DNA of 57,016 bases from the NCBI GenBank assembly GCA_049510745.1, contig JBEKYR010000033.1:1-57016 (forward strand), in the 5' to 3' direction. Positions within the stretch are counted from its first letter, which is position 1, and each line of letters begins with the position of its first letter. Position numbers and translations under genes: made by a program. Origin of the DNA: Verrucomicrobiota bacterium. GTDB lineage: Bacteria; Verrucomicrobiota; Verrucomicrobiia; Limisphaerales; Palsa-1400. Shown one piece after another: positions 9,655 through 17,880 of the stretch. The notes beneath the pieces are model-generated. The model ran no database searches and was not told the origin of the DNA. It worked only from the letters and a program-made list of their open reading frames with translations.

Positions 9655-9670
9655 TGGCAGCAGTCCTGCT
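9655..9670 (+). promoter_or_regulatory. Putative sigma54 (-24/-12) promoter of the orf81-fliA-motAB operon
   Basis: TGGCAGCAGTCCTGCT has GG-N10-GC spacing, 25 nt upstream of ATG 9696. Confidence 0.6.
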
Positions 9671-9695
9671 AAGGCTCAATCAACTGTGAAGTGTT

Positions 9696-9941
9696 ATGAA
9701 ATCGTTACTGTTCGTTGGCGGGGTATTGGGATTCGGCATCGGCGCGAGTGTCAGCTTCCTGCACGCGGATTCGTGGCCGACATGCCTCTGGCATGGCAGC
9801 CTGGCGGCTTATGTGACGGCCATGCTGATGCGCTGGTGGGGGCAGGCCTGGCGCCGCAACCTCGAACAGGCGCTCTTGGAGCGCGAAAACACGCCCAGCC
9901 CGCTTCTCCCAACCTCAACTCCACCAAAAGCTAAAACATGA
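9696..9941 (+). CDS. Small two-TM membrane protein, first gene of the fliA operon
   Basis: Two hydrophobic segments; ATGA overlap with the fliA start. Confidence 0.7.
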   Translation: MKSLLFVGGVLGFGIGASVSFLHADSWPTCLWHGSLAAYVTAMLMRWWGQAWRRNLEQALLERENTPSPLLPTSTPPKAKT

Positions 9942-10771
9942 GTGGCACATTGTGCGATCTCGACCCTCCTTCCCGCACCACTGAACAGCGCCGTTCCACA
10001 CAAAAAGAGCTGTGGCGGCGCTATTCGCGTTCCGGACCAGGCAGTCTGACGGAGAACAGCCTCATCGAGGAGTATCTTCCCCTGGTCAAAACCGTCGTGG
10101 GCCGCCTGGCCATGACCTTGCCGTCGCACGTCAACAGCGATGATCTTTACAGCGCCGGCCTGGTGGGGTTGCTCAACGCCATGCGCCGGTTCAATCCCGA
10201 GAACGGCACTTCCTTTGAAACCTACGCCCGCGTGCGCATCCGCGGGGCGGTGTTCGATGAACTGCGCCGGCTGGATTGGGTGCCGCGGTCGATCCACGAG
10301 AAGGCCAAGAAGATCGAAAAGGCGATGCAGGAATTGACCCAGCGCCACGGCACCATCCCGACCGACGCCCAAATGGCCAAGGCGTTGCGCATGTCGCTGG
10401 ACGATTACCAGGAATTGCTCGAAGAAGTCCGCCCCGCCACTTTCATCTGCCTGGATTCCGTCCAAGGCGGCGATGGAGAGCATGGCGGCTCGGTCTATGA
10501 CGTCATCGCCGATGACTCGCAGACCAACCCGGAGCAATGGACCTCGCTGCGGGAACTGGCCGGGCTGATCGAGGAACGGCTGCGGCAGTTGCCGGAGATG
10601 CAGCGCAAGGTGCTGGCCCTTTACTATTTTGAAGACATGCGTTTGCGGGAAATCGCCGAAGCCTTCGGCGTGACGGAATCCCGCATCTGCCAGATTCATT
10701 CGCAGGCGATCCTGGCGATCAAGGCGCTGTTGCGCAAGCAAGACCCGGAAGTCTTTAACCGTCCGTTGTAA
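9938..10771 (+). CDS. fliA: RNA polymerase sigma-28 factor FliA/WhiG
   Basis: DDLYSAGLVGL, FETYARVRIRGAVFDELRRLDWVPRS, LYYFEDM.L.EIA..FGVTESRICQIHSQA. Confidence 0.95.
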   Translation: MSGTLCDLDPPSRTTEQRRSTQKELWRRYSRSGPGSLTENSLIEEYLPLVKTVVGRLAMTLPSHVNSDDLYSAGLVGLLNAMRRFNPENGTSFETYARVRIRGAVFDELRRLDWVPRSIHEKAKKIEKAMQELTQRHGTIPTDAQMAKALRMSLDDYQELLEEVRPATFICLDSVQGGDGEHGGSVYDVIADDSQTNPEQWTSLRELAGLIEERLRQLPEMQRKVLALYYFEDMRLREIAEAFGVTESRICQIHSQAILAIKALLRKQDPEVFNRPL

Positions 10772-10789
10772 GCTCATTGCGAGCAGATC

Positions 10790-11662
10790 ATGATAGTTCT
10801 ACTTGGCGCGGCAATTGTGATTGTTTCGGTGGTCGGCGGCTTCGTCCTGGCCGACGGCAACGTCATGGCGCTGCTGCATGGGTCCGAGCTGATCATCATT
10901 GGCGGCGCCGCCGTCGGGTCCATGGTGCTCATGTCACCGAGGAAGGTTCTGGTTGACCTTTTCCGGCAGATGTTCGGGTCGTTAAAAGGCTCGCCTTACA
11001 CGCGCCGGGCTTACGACGAACTGTTCAAGGCGCTTTATGAATTGTTCATGCTCGGACGGCGCGGCGGCATGGTCGCCTTGGAAGAGCACATCATGAGCCC
11101 GGAGAGCAGCGCCATCTTCAGCAAGTACCCCGCCTTCCAAAAAAACAAGCACGCCATGGAATTCCTCTGCAACGGCCTGCGCCCGATCATCGACGGCAAG
11201 ATCAAGCCCGACCATCTGAAGTTGCTGCTGGAGATCGAACTCGAAGCCATGGAGGCCGAGTATGAACGGCCCGTCAGCGTCCTGGTCAAGGCCGCCGACG
11301 CCATGCCGGGCTTCGGCATTGTCGCGGCGGTGTTGGGCATTGTCATCACCATGGCGTCCATCGCCGGCCCGATCGAGCGGATTGGCGAGAAGGTCGCCGC
11401 CGCCCTGGTCGGAACGTTCCTGGGCATTTTCCTTTCCTACGGTTTTATGAATCCCCTGGCCGTCAACATGGAGTTCATCAATATCGCCGAATTGGCCTAT
11501 GTCCGCTGCATTGCCGCCTCGGTCATCAGTTTTGCCAGCGGCATGTCGCCCATCATGGCGGTCGAAGTGGCCCGGCGCGGCTTGTCCAGCGAAGTCAAGC
11601 CCAGTGCGGACGCCTTGGAAGTGATGCTCAAGGCGCTCAACCAGGCCGCCGCCGCGAAATGA
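10790..11662 (+). CDS. motA: Flagellar motor stator protein MotA
   Basis: ELIIIGGAA, ADAMPGFGIVAAVLGIVITM, AALVGTFLGI..SYGF..PLA, AVEVARR. Confidence 0.95.
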   Translation: MIVLLGAAIVIVSVVGGFVLADGNVMALLHGSELIIIGGAAVGSMVLMSPRKVLVDLFRQMFGSLKGSPYTRRAYDELFKALYELFMLGRRGGMVALEEHIMSPESSAIFSKYPAFQKNKHAMEFLCNGLRPIIDGKIKPDHLKLLLEIELEAMEAEYERPVSVLVKAADAMPGFGIVAAVLGIVITMASIAGPIERIGEKVAAALVGTFLGIFLSYGFMNPLAVNMEFINIAELAYVRCIAASVISFASGMSPIMAVEVARRGLSSEVKPSADALEVMLKALNQAAAAK

Positions 11663-11671
11663 TCCCGTGCC

Positions 11672-12400
11672 ATGAGCGCTAAAAGACATCACGGGGGAGC
11701 GTGGAAGGTCGCTTACGCCGACTTCACCACGGCGATGATGGCGCTGTTCATCGTCTTGTGGCTGACTTCCCAGGACCAGCGCATCAAGGACGCCGTCGAG
11801 CGCGCCTTCCGCAATCCCTTTTCCTCTGTCACAAAGGATTCCACCGGCATCATTCCGAGCAAGGACACCCAGGCGGTGCGCAACCAATCGGGGAATTTCG
11901 ACTCGGCCTCGGCCATCGAGCTGACCATTCTGCGCCGCCTTAACCAGGACCTTTTGAAATCGCTGCAATCGGAGGGCGATGAGGAAAGTTCGGTCAAATT
12001 GGAACTGACGCCCGAGGGTCTGTGCATCAATGTTTTCGACCGTTCCCACAAACCGATCTTCGAGCCGCAATCGACCCGCTTCACGCCCTACGGCGACTGG
12101 GTTTTCTCGACGCTCGCCTGGGAAATCTCGCGCTACCACGGTTTTTCGGTGGAGTTGGAGGGCCACACCGAAAGCGGCAATCCGCCCCTGCGCACGGACT
12201 ACGGCGATTGGGAAATCTCGGCGGACCGCGCCACAGCGGTGCGCCGCAAACTCATCGAGCACGGCGTGGCCGGATCGCAAATCATCAAGGTGGCCGGATT
12301 TGGAGACACGGTGCCGATGCCGACCACGGAAACGACCAACGAGATCAACCGGCGGGTCACGGTTTTGCTGAACGTTCACGCGGCCAACAGGAAAACTTGA
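11672..12400 (+). CDS. motB: Flagellar motor stator protein MotB
   Basis: HHGGAWKVAYADFTTAMMALF (conserved Asp) plus OmpA-like domain EGHT...WEISADRA...NRRV. Confidence 0.95.
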   Translation: MSAKRHHGGAWKVAYADFTTAMMALFIVLWLTSQDQRIKDAVERAFRNPFSSVTKDSTGIIPSKDTQAVRNQSGNFDSASAIELTILRRLNQDLLKSLQSEGDEESSVKLELTPEGLCINVFDRSHKPIFEPQSTRFTPYGDWVFSTLAWEISRYHGFSVELEGHTESGNPPLRTDYGDWEISADRATAVRRKLIEHGVAGSQIIKVAGFGDTVPMPTTETTNEINRRVTVLLNVHAANRKT

Positions 12401-12413
12401 TCGAGGACACGCC

Positions 12414-12668
12414 ATGTCTGACACATTTGTACCGCTGACCGTTGCGACCGGCTCTTCCGGGGGAAGCGGGCCCTTTCAAATGAAAGTGCTGCCGCAAGCG
12501 GAAGCCACAGCGGTTTTCGCGCCGTTGCCCGGCGCCGGAGCGGGGAACTCTTTCTCGACGGCGTGCGGCCGGCCGGTCTTGACGTTGCAACGCCAAGGCG
12601 AGGTGGTCAGCGGGATTCGAGTCGAGTGCGCCTGCGGCCAGGTGATCGAGTTGAAATGCGTGTACTAA
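12414..12668 (+). CDS. Small hypothetical protein with C-x-C-G...C motif
   Basis: RBS gagga upstream; 13 nt after motB; ends IRVECACGQVIELKCVY. Confidence 0.7.
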   Translation: MSDTFVPLTVATGSSGGSGPFQMKVLPQAEATAVFAPLPGAGAGNSFSTACGRPVLTLQRQGEVVSGIRVECACGQVIELKCVY

Positions 12669-12771
12669 CGCTCTTCGCCTGTGGCATTTTTCTCCCCGTT
12701 TGCCCGGCAACTTTTTCCCCGTTTCGGCCCCGGCCATGCGCAAACCCTTGCAAAACAGCATCCTTTGGCTG

Positions 12772-12787
12772 TGGCACAGTCGTTGCT
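12772..12787 (+). promoter_or_regulatory. sigma54 (-24/-12) promoter of the flg operon
   Basis: TGGCACAGTCGTTGCT matches the consensus TGGCAC-N5-TTGCW, 13 nt upstream of flgF GTG 12801. Confidence 0.8.
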
Positions 12788-12800
12788 CGAAGGCTTTGAC

Positions 12801-13547
12801 GTGAATGTGAGTCTCTTTCAAGCCGCCTCCGCGCTGGATGCCAACAGCCGCTGGCAGGAGGTGATTGCCGACAACCTGGCCTCCAGTTCGGTGCCGGGTT
12901 TCAAGCAACAGCAACTGTCGCTCGCGGCGGTGCAAGCCGGCTTGATGCCCGCCCACGGAGAGAAGAATCTGCCCCAGTTCTTCTCCGTTCCCAAGGCGAG
13001 CACCACGACCAATTTCTCCGCCGGAGAAATGAAATACACCGGCAATAACAGGGACGTGGCCATCGAAGGCAAAGGGTTCTTCGAGGTGCAGTTGCCCAAC
13101 GGCAAGACCGCCCTGACTCGTGACGGCGAGTTTCAATTCAATTCGCAAGGCGAGTTGGTGACCAAGGAGTCCTACCCGGTCATGGGCATCAACGGCCCGA
13201 TCCAATTAAACCGGAACAGTTCCGCGCCCCTTTCCATTGCCTCCAATGGCGAAGTCAGCCAGGGATCCGAGCCCCGCGGAAAACTCAAAGTGACGGAAGT
13301 GGACCAACCGAAACTGCTCACGCAAATCAGCGGCGGTTATTTCGTCGCCCAGGACCCCAACCTGCATATGCAGGCCAGCACGGCGAACCTGCGCGAGGGC
13401 TACCTGGAAGGGGCCAACACCTCCGCCGTGGGCGAGATGGCCAATCTGATGACCGCCATGCGCGGTTTCGAGGCCAACCAAAAGGTCATTCAAATCCAGG
13501 ACGACCGTCTGAACCGGATCATCAGCGATCTCGGAAACCCCTCATAA
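12801..13547 (+). CDS. flgF: Flagellar basal-body rod protein FlgF
   Basis: EVIADNLASS.VPGFK, DVAIEG.GFF.V, TRDGEF, GYLEGANT...EMA.L...R.FEANQK; directly before flgG. Start trimmed to GTG 12801. Confidence 0.88.
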   Translation: MNVSLFQAASALDANSRWQEVIADNLASSSVPGFKQQQLSLAAVQAGLMPAHGEKNLPQFFSVPKASTTTNFSAGEMKYTGNNRDVAIEGKGFFEVQLPNGKTALTRDGEFQFNSQGELVTKESYPVMGINGPIQLNRNSSAPLSIASNGEVSQGSEPRGKLKVTEVDQPKLLTQISGGYFVAQDPNLHMQASTANLREGYLEGANTSAVGEMANLMTAMRGFEANQKVIQIQDDRLNRIISDLGNPS

Positions 13548-13550
13548 CCT

Positions 13551-14333
13551 ATGTTGCGCTCATTGTATTCAGCGGCGGCCGGCATGGAGTCCCAACAGTT
13601 GAACCTGGATGTCATCTCCAACAACCTGGCCAACGTCAACACCACGGGTTACAAGAAAAGCAAAATCGAATTTCAAGACCTGCTCTACGAGACGACCCGC
13701 ACGCCCGGCGCCGAGCAAGGCAACGGCAACCTTTTGCCCACCGGAATCCAGATCGGCCACGGCTCCCGCGCCGTTGCCACGTCGAAGGTTTTCACCGAAG
13801 GCGAACTGACGCAAACGGGGGAGCGCCTGGACATGGCCATCCAGGGCGATGGATTCCTTCAAGTGCAGATGGCCGACGGCACGCTGGCCTACACCCGCGA
13901 TGGCGCGTTGAAAACCGCCTCCGACGGACGCATCACCACCAGCGACGGCCTGGTCGTCCAGGGCGGCTTTCAACCGATTCCCACCGGCACCACCGGGGTC
14001 ACCATCTCGCCCGATGGCCAGGTCACGACCACCGGCGCCAACGGCACGTCGAATTTTCAGGTGACGCTGGTGCGTTTTGCCAACCCGGCCGGATTGCAGT
14101 CCGTGGGCCGCAATTTGTACCTGGAGACGCCCGCTTCCGGCACGCCGGAGACCGGCACCCCCAACCAGGCCGGCTTTGGCAGCCTGCAGCAGGGCTACCT
14201 GGAGATGTCCAACGTCAAAGTCGTCGAGGAAATGGTCAACATGATCGTCGCCCAGCGCGCCTACGAGGTCAACTCCAAGGCCGTCCAGGCGGCCGACGAA
14301 ATGATGCAGCAAAGCGACAACCTGCGCCGTTAA
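13551..14333 (+). CDS. flgG: Flagellar basal-body rod protein FlgG
   Basis: MLRSLYSAAAGM..QQ..LDVISNNLANVNTTGYK...FQDLLY; LEMSNV.VVEEMVNMIVAQRAYEVNSK. Confidence 0.96.
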   Translation: MLRSLYSAAAGMESQQLNLDVISNNLANVNTTGYKKSKIEFQDLLYETTRTPGAEQGNGNLLPTGIQIGHGSRAVATSKVFTEGELTQTGERLDMAIQGDGFLQVQMADGTLAYTRDGALKTASDGRITTSDGLVVQGGFQPIPTGTTGVTISPDGQVTTTGANGTSNFQVTLVRFANPAGLQSVGRNLYLETPASGTPETGTPNQAGFGSLQQGYLEMSNVKVVEEMVNMIVAQRAYEVNSKAVQAADEMMQQSDNLRR

Positions 14334-15298
14334 TGAATCGTCTTGACAAGTTTTTTTGGGCTTTCGTCTTAGCTCTGGTCTTGGTCGCGCCGGCTCGCCC
14401 CCTTCTCGGCGGCGAGCCGGCTGCTTTTTCCCTCGCGCCCGAGGCCAAAGTCGATGGCTCTGGAATCTTCTTGAACCAACTGGTCCGTCCGTCTCCTTCT
14501 GCGACACTCCCCACACTTCGTTTGGCCCCGGCTCCCCCCCTGGGCCAAACGACCCCCCTTTCCCGCCAGCAAATCATCGACCTGGCCAAAGACGCCGCGC
14601 CGCAATTGAACACCACCAATTGGACCGGCCCCAACTTCGTCCGCGTCTCCCGCCGCACCCGCCCGTTGGGCGAAGTCGAAGTGACCGACCTGCTCCGCGC
14701 CGCTTTGCAGCGCGACTACGTCGGCGCCCGCGGCGAGTTGGAACTCCACCTCACCCGGCCCTGGCAGGCGGCGACCGTGCCCGACGAACCCCTTTCCCTG
14801 CAATTGACCGATCTGCCCCCGGCGGGTGTCCTGCCCAATGAGGTGGCCGGATTCGAGCTGTGGTGCGGCAAGGAACGGATTGGCGCCTGGCAAGTCGCCT
14901 TGGCCGCCCGCATCTGGCACGACGTGCCCGTGGCGCACGCCTCGCTCGGCCGCGGCCAGTTGCTGCGCGAAGCCGACATTGTTCTGGAGCGCCGGGATAT
15001 TCTGGGACAACACGAGGCTTTCATCCGCTTTCCGGTGACCGACGACTCCCTGGAGTTGTGCGCCGGCCTTTCCGCGGGAACGCCGGTCTGGAGCCACTGT
15101 GTCCACCTCCGCCCCCTGGTCCGGCGGGGACGGTTGGTGGAAGCCGTGTTTCAGGACGGCAATCTGACCATTTCGCTCAAAGTCGAAACGCTCGAAGACG
15201 GCGGCCTGGGCCAAACCGTCCGCGTGCGCAACCCGAAAACCAAACGTGAACTCTTAGGAAAGGTGCAAAATGAAGACCTCGTGCTTATCGCTTTGTGA
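14333..15298 (+). CDS. flgA: Flagellar P-ring formation chaperone FlgA
   Basis: Signal peptide; C-terminal LVRRG..V.......L.I......LEDG..GQ.VRVRN..TKR; lies between flgG and flgH. Confidence 0.85.
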   Translation: MNRLDKFFWAFVLALVLVAPARPLLGGEPAAFSLAPEAKVDGSGIFLNQLVRPSPSATLPTLRLAPAPPLGQTTPLSRQQIIDLAKDAAPQLNTTNWTGPNFVRVSRRTRPLGEVEVTDLLRAALQRDYVGARGELELHLTRPWQAATVPDEPLSLQLTDLPPAGVLPNEVAGFELWCGKERIGAWQVALAARIWHDVPVAHASLGRGQLLREADIVLERRDILGQHEAFIRFPVTDDSLELCAGLSAGTPVWSHCVHLRPLVRRGRLVEAVFQDGNLTISLKVETLEDGGLGQTVRVRNPKTKRELLGKVQNEDLVLIAL

Positions 15299-15908
15299 CG
15301 CCACCCATCTGGCCGTGTTCCTTTTTATATTGCAGTTGACAAACCTGGGGGCCGATTCGCTCTGGAAGGACGACGCCTCTCCGACCTCGATGTTTGCCGA
15401 CAAAAAGGCGCACCGGGTGGGCGACATCGTGACGGTCATCATCCAGGAGAACAACGGCGCGTCCCGCAACAACAACACCACCACCTCCCGGCAATCGTCG
15501 GTGGACTCCTCCATCAGCAGTTTTCTCTACCCGGCGGGCGCCAGCGGATTGCTGACCAAGAGCGGCCAGCTTCCCGCCATGAGCCTGAGCGGCAAGAACA
15601 GCTTCAACGGCGGGGGCCAGATTAACAACTCGGAAATCATCACCGCCCAACTCGCTGTCAAGGTCATTGATGTCCTGCCCAACGGCAACCTGGTCGTGGA
15701 AGGGCGCCGCCAGACCGCCTTCTCCGGCGAGAAACAGGAAGCCATCCTGCGCGGCACTCTGCGCGGCGATGATATTTCGTCCACCAACACCGTCTTCAGC
15801 TTCAATATCGCCGACGCCTCCATTCAATTCATCTCGCATGGCAGCGTCACCGACAACCAGAAGCGGGGCTGGTTCACCACCGTTTGGGAAAAGGTGTCCC
15901 CCTTCTGA
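15270..15908 (+). CDS. flgH: Flagellar L-ring protein FlgH
   Basis: FADKKAHRVGDIVTVIIQE, V.DVLPNGNLVVEG, G..R.DDI...NTV.S..IADA.I, GWF.....VSPF. Confidence 0.93.
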   Translation: MKTSCLSLCDATHLAVFLFILQLTNLGADSLWKDDASPTSMFADKKAHRVGDIVTVIIQENNGASRNNNTTTSRQSSVDSSISSFLYPAGASGLLTKSGQLPAMSLSGKNSFNGGGQINNSEIITAQLAVKVIDVLPNGNLVVEGRRQTAFSGEKQEAILRGTLRGDDISSTNTVFSFNIADASIQFISHGSVTDNQKRGWFTTVWEKVSPF

Positions 15909-15916
15909 GGTGTGAC

Positions 15917-17026
15917 ATGCGCCGGTTTTTGCCTCTGCTCATCTTGGGCGCGCTTCTGGCCGCCGGACCTGCCCTCCTGGCGGCCGGTTCGCGCATCAAG
16001 GACCTGGCCATGGTCGCGGGCGCCCGCGACAATCAACTGGCCGGCTACGGCCTGGTCGCCGGCCTGGCGAATGACGGCGACAAAAACCCGGTCGAAACCA
16101 TCCAAACCATCGCCAACATGTTGCAGCGCTACGGCCTGACCGTTCCCGTCGCGACCCTCTCCTCCAAGAACGTCGCCATCGTGATGGTGACAGCCGACAT
16201 CCCCGCTTTCTTGAAGCCCGGCGCCCGTCTGGATGTGACGGTGGCCTCCCTTGGCGACGCCAAGAGTTTGCAGGGCGGCGTTTTGGTCCAAACACCGTTG
16301 CTCGGCGCGGACGGCAAGGTCTATGCCATTGCCCAAGGCCCTCTGTCCATTGGCGGACTCTCAGCCGGGGCCGACGGCGCCGGCGGCGCCACCGTGCAAA
16401 AGAACCATCCCACCGTCGGCACCATCGTCGGCGGCGCCTTGGTGGAACGGGAGATTCCCGCCACGGTCGTGAGCGACAACCACCTGGAATTGCTGCTGCG
16501 CGAGCCGGATTTCACCTCCGCCTCCCGCATGGCTTCGGTCATCAATCTCAAATTCCCCGCCTCCTCGCTCGCGGTGGATTCCACCACCGTGCGGGTGCGC
16601 ATGCCGCCGGATTGGGCCGGCTCGACCGTCGATTTTATTTCCCAGGTCGAAACGCTCGAGGTCAACCCCGACGTTCCGGCCCGCGTCATCATCAACGAGC
16701 GCACCGGCACCATCGTCGCCACCGCCCGCATCCGCATTTCCAACTGCGCCGTCTCTCACGGCAATGTCACCATCAGCATTGCTTCGGGGCAGGATGTGTC
16801 GCAGCCCACCGCCTTCAGCCAGGGCGGCAGCACGCAGGTGACCACGCACACCGACGCCAAGATCAAGGAAGACAAAGGCTCCCTGGTCGCGCTGCCCGAA
16901 TTGCCCACCGTCGAGAAGGTGGCCTCCGCCCTCAATGCCCTGGGCGTGACGCCGCGCGACATGATGTCCATGTTCGAGGCGATGAAGGAGGCGGGCGCTC
17001 TGCAGGCGGAACTCATCATGCGTTAA
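15917..17026 (+). CDS. flgI: Flagellar P-ring protein FlgI
   Basis: RIKDL....G.RDNQL.GYGLV.GL...GD, KNVA.VMVTA, GDAKSLQGG.L..TPL.GADG.VYA.AQG, VIINERTGTIV. Confidence 0.96.
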   Translation: MRRFLPLLILGALLAAGPALLAAGSRIKDLAMVAGARDNQLAGYGLVAGLANDGDKNPVETIQTIANMLQRYGLTVPVATLSSKNVAIVMVTADIPAFLKPGARLDVTVASLGDAKSLQGGVLVQTPLLGADGKVYAIAQGPLSIGGLSAGADGAGGATVQKNHPTVGTIVGGALVEREIPATVVSDNHLELLLREPDFTSASRMASVINLKFPASSLAVDSTTVRVRMPPDWAGSTVDFISQVETLEVNPDVPARVIINERTGTIVATARIRISNCAVSHGNVTISIASGQDVSQPTAFSQGGSTQVTTHTDAKIKEDKGSLVALPELPTVEKVASALNALGVTPRDMMSMFEAMKEAGALQAELIMR

Positions 17027-17027
17027 C

Positions 17028-17375
17028 ATGAAAATCGACGGCACCCATCCTCAAATCGACGCTTCGCGGCTGCCGCTGGAATCGCTGGCGGCCAACTCCA
17101 AGCTTTCGGACAACGAAAAGGTGGCCGAGGTGTCGCGCCAATTCGAGGCGGTCTTGCTGCGCCAGATTTTGCAGGACATTCGCAAACCGGTGCTGGCTTC
17201 GACCGAATCCAATTCCACGACCAATGGCATCTATGCCGATATGATCAACGATCAATTGGCCGACAGCATCAGCCGCTCCGGCGCCTTCGGGCTGGCCCGC
17301 AGTTTGCAGAGCCAACTGGGCCGCCAGGTCCTGCCCCAATCCCCGGCGCAACCTCTTTCCCCTCCCAAGAAATAA
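17028..17375 (+). CDS. flgJ: FlgJ, rod-binding domain only (no muramidase)
   Basis: QFEAVLLRQIL..IR...Y.DM..DQLA..IS..G.FGLA..L..QL; 115 aa, after flgI. Confidence 0.8.
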   Translation: MKIDGTHPQIDASRLPLESLAANSKLSDNEKVAEVSRQFEAVLLRQILQDIRKPVLASTESNSTTNGIYADMINDQLADSISRSGAFGLARSLQSQLGRQVLPQSPAQPLSPPKK

Positions 17376-17378
17376 TCC

Positions 17379-17876
17379 ATGATCCAAAGCCTCCAACTCC
17401 TCATCGACGCCCTGCGCGACGAATTGCAGCATTACGGCGAAATGCTCGCCCTGCTCGACCGACAGCAGGAATATCTCATCGCCCGCGCTGCCAGCGAAGT
17501 TTTTCAATCCATCAGCCTCATCAAGGCGCAAGGCTCGGCCATCCAGCAAGCCCGCGCCCGCCGCGAGGAATGCCGGCGCGCGGTCGCCCTGGAGTGCGGC
17601 CAGCCCGGCGACGCCAGTTTTGCCGGTTTGATTCCCTTGCTCCCGGCGGACTACCAACCGCTGCTCCAGGCGTTGGTTGAGGAAAACAATGAATTGCTCC
17701 AGCGCGTGCGGCGCCGGGCGCGCCAGAATCACCTCATGCTGCGCCGCTCGGTGGAATTGATGCAGGAATTGCTCAACACCTTGCTGCCCTCGCGCCAGGG
17801 CTCCGTCTATGACGGCTCCGGCAACCGTCCGGCCTGCGCCGCCGCGCCCCGCCGGTTTTACGAAGCTTTCGGCTGA
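17379..17876 (+). CDS. flgN: Flagellar export chaperone FlgN
   Basis: Helical 165-aa protein with N..ML..S motif and C-terminal Y-D-G-S-G; directly upstream of flgK. Confidence 0.75.
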   Translation: MIQSLQLLIDALRDELQHYGEMLALLDRQQEYLIARAASEVFQSISLIKAQGSAIQQARARREECRRAVALECGQPGDASFAGLIPLLPADYQPLLQALVEENNELLQRVRRRARQNHLMLRRSVELMQELLNTLLPSRQGSVYDGSGNRPACAAAPRRFYEAFG

Positions 17877-17880
17877 TCTT

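Noticed and set aside
12681..12800. 40-aa N-terminal extension of FlgF
   Set aside because: Contains the sigma54 promoter; FlgF similarity begins at GTG 12801.
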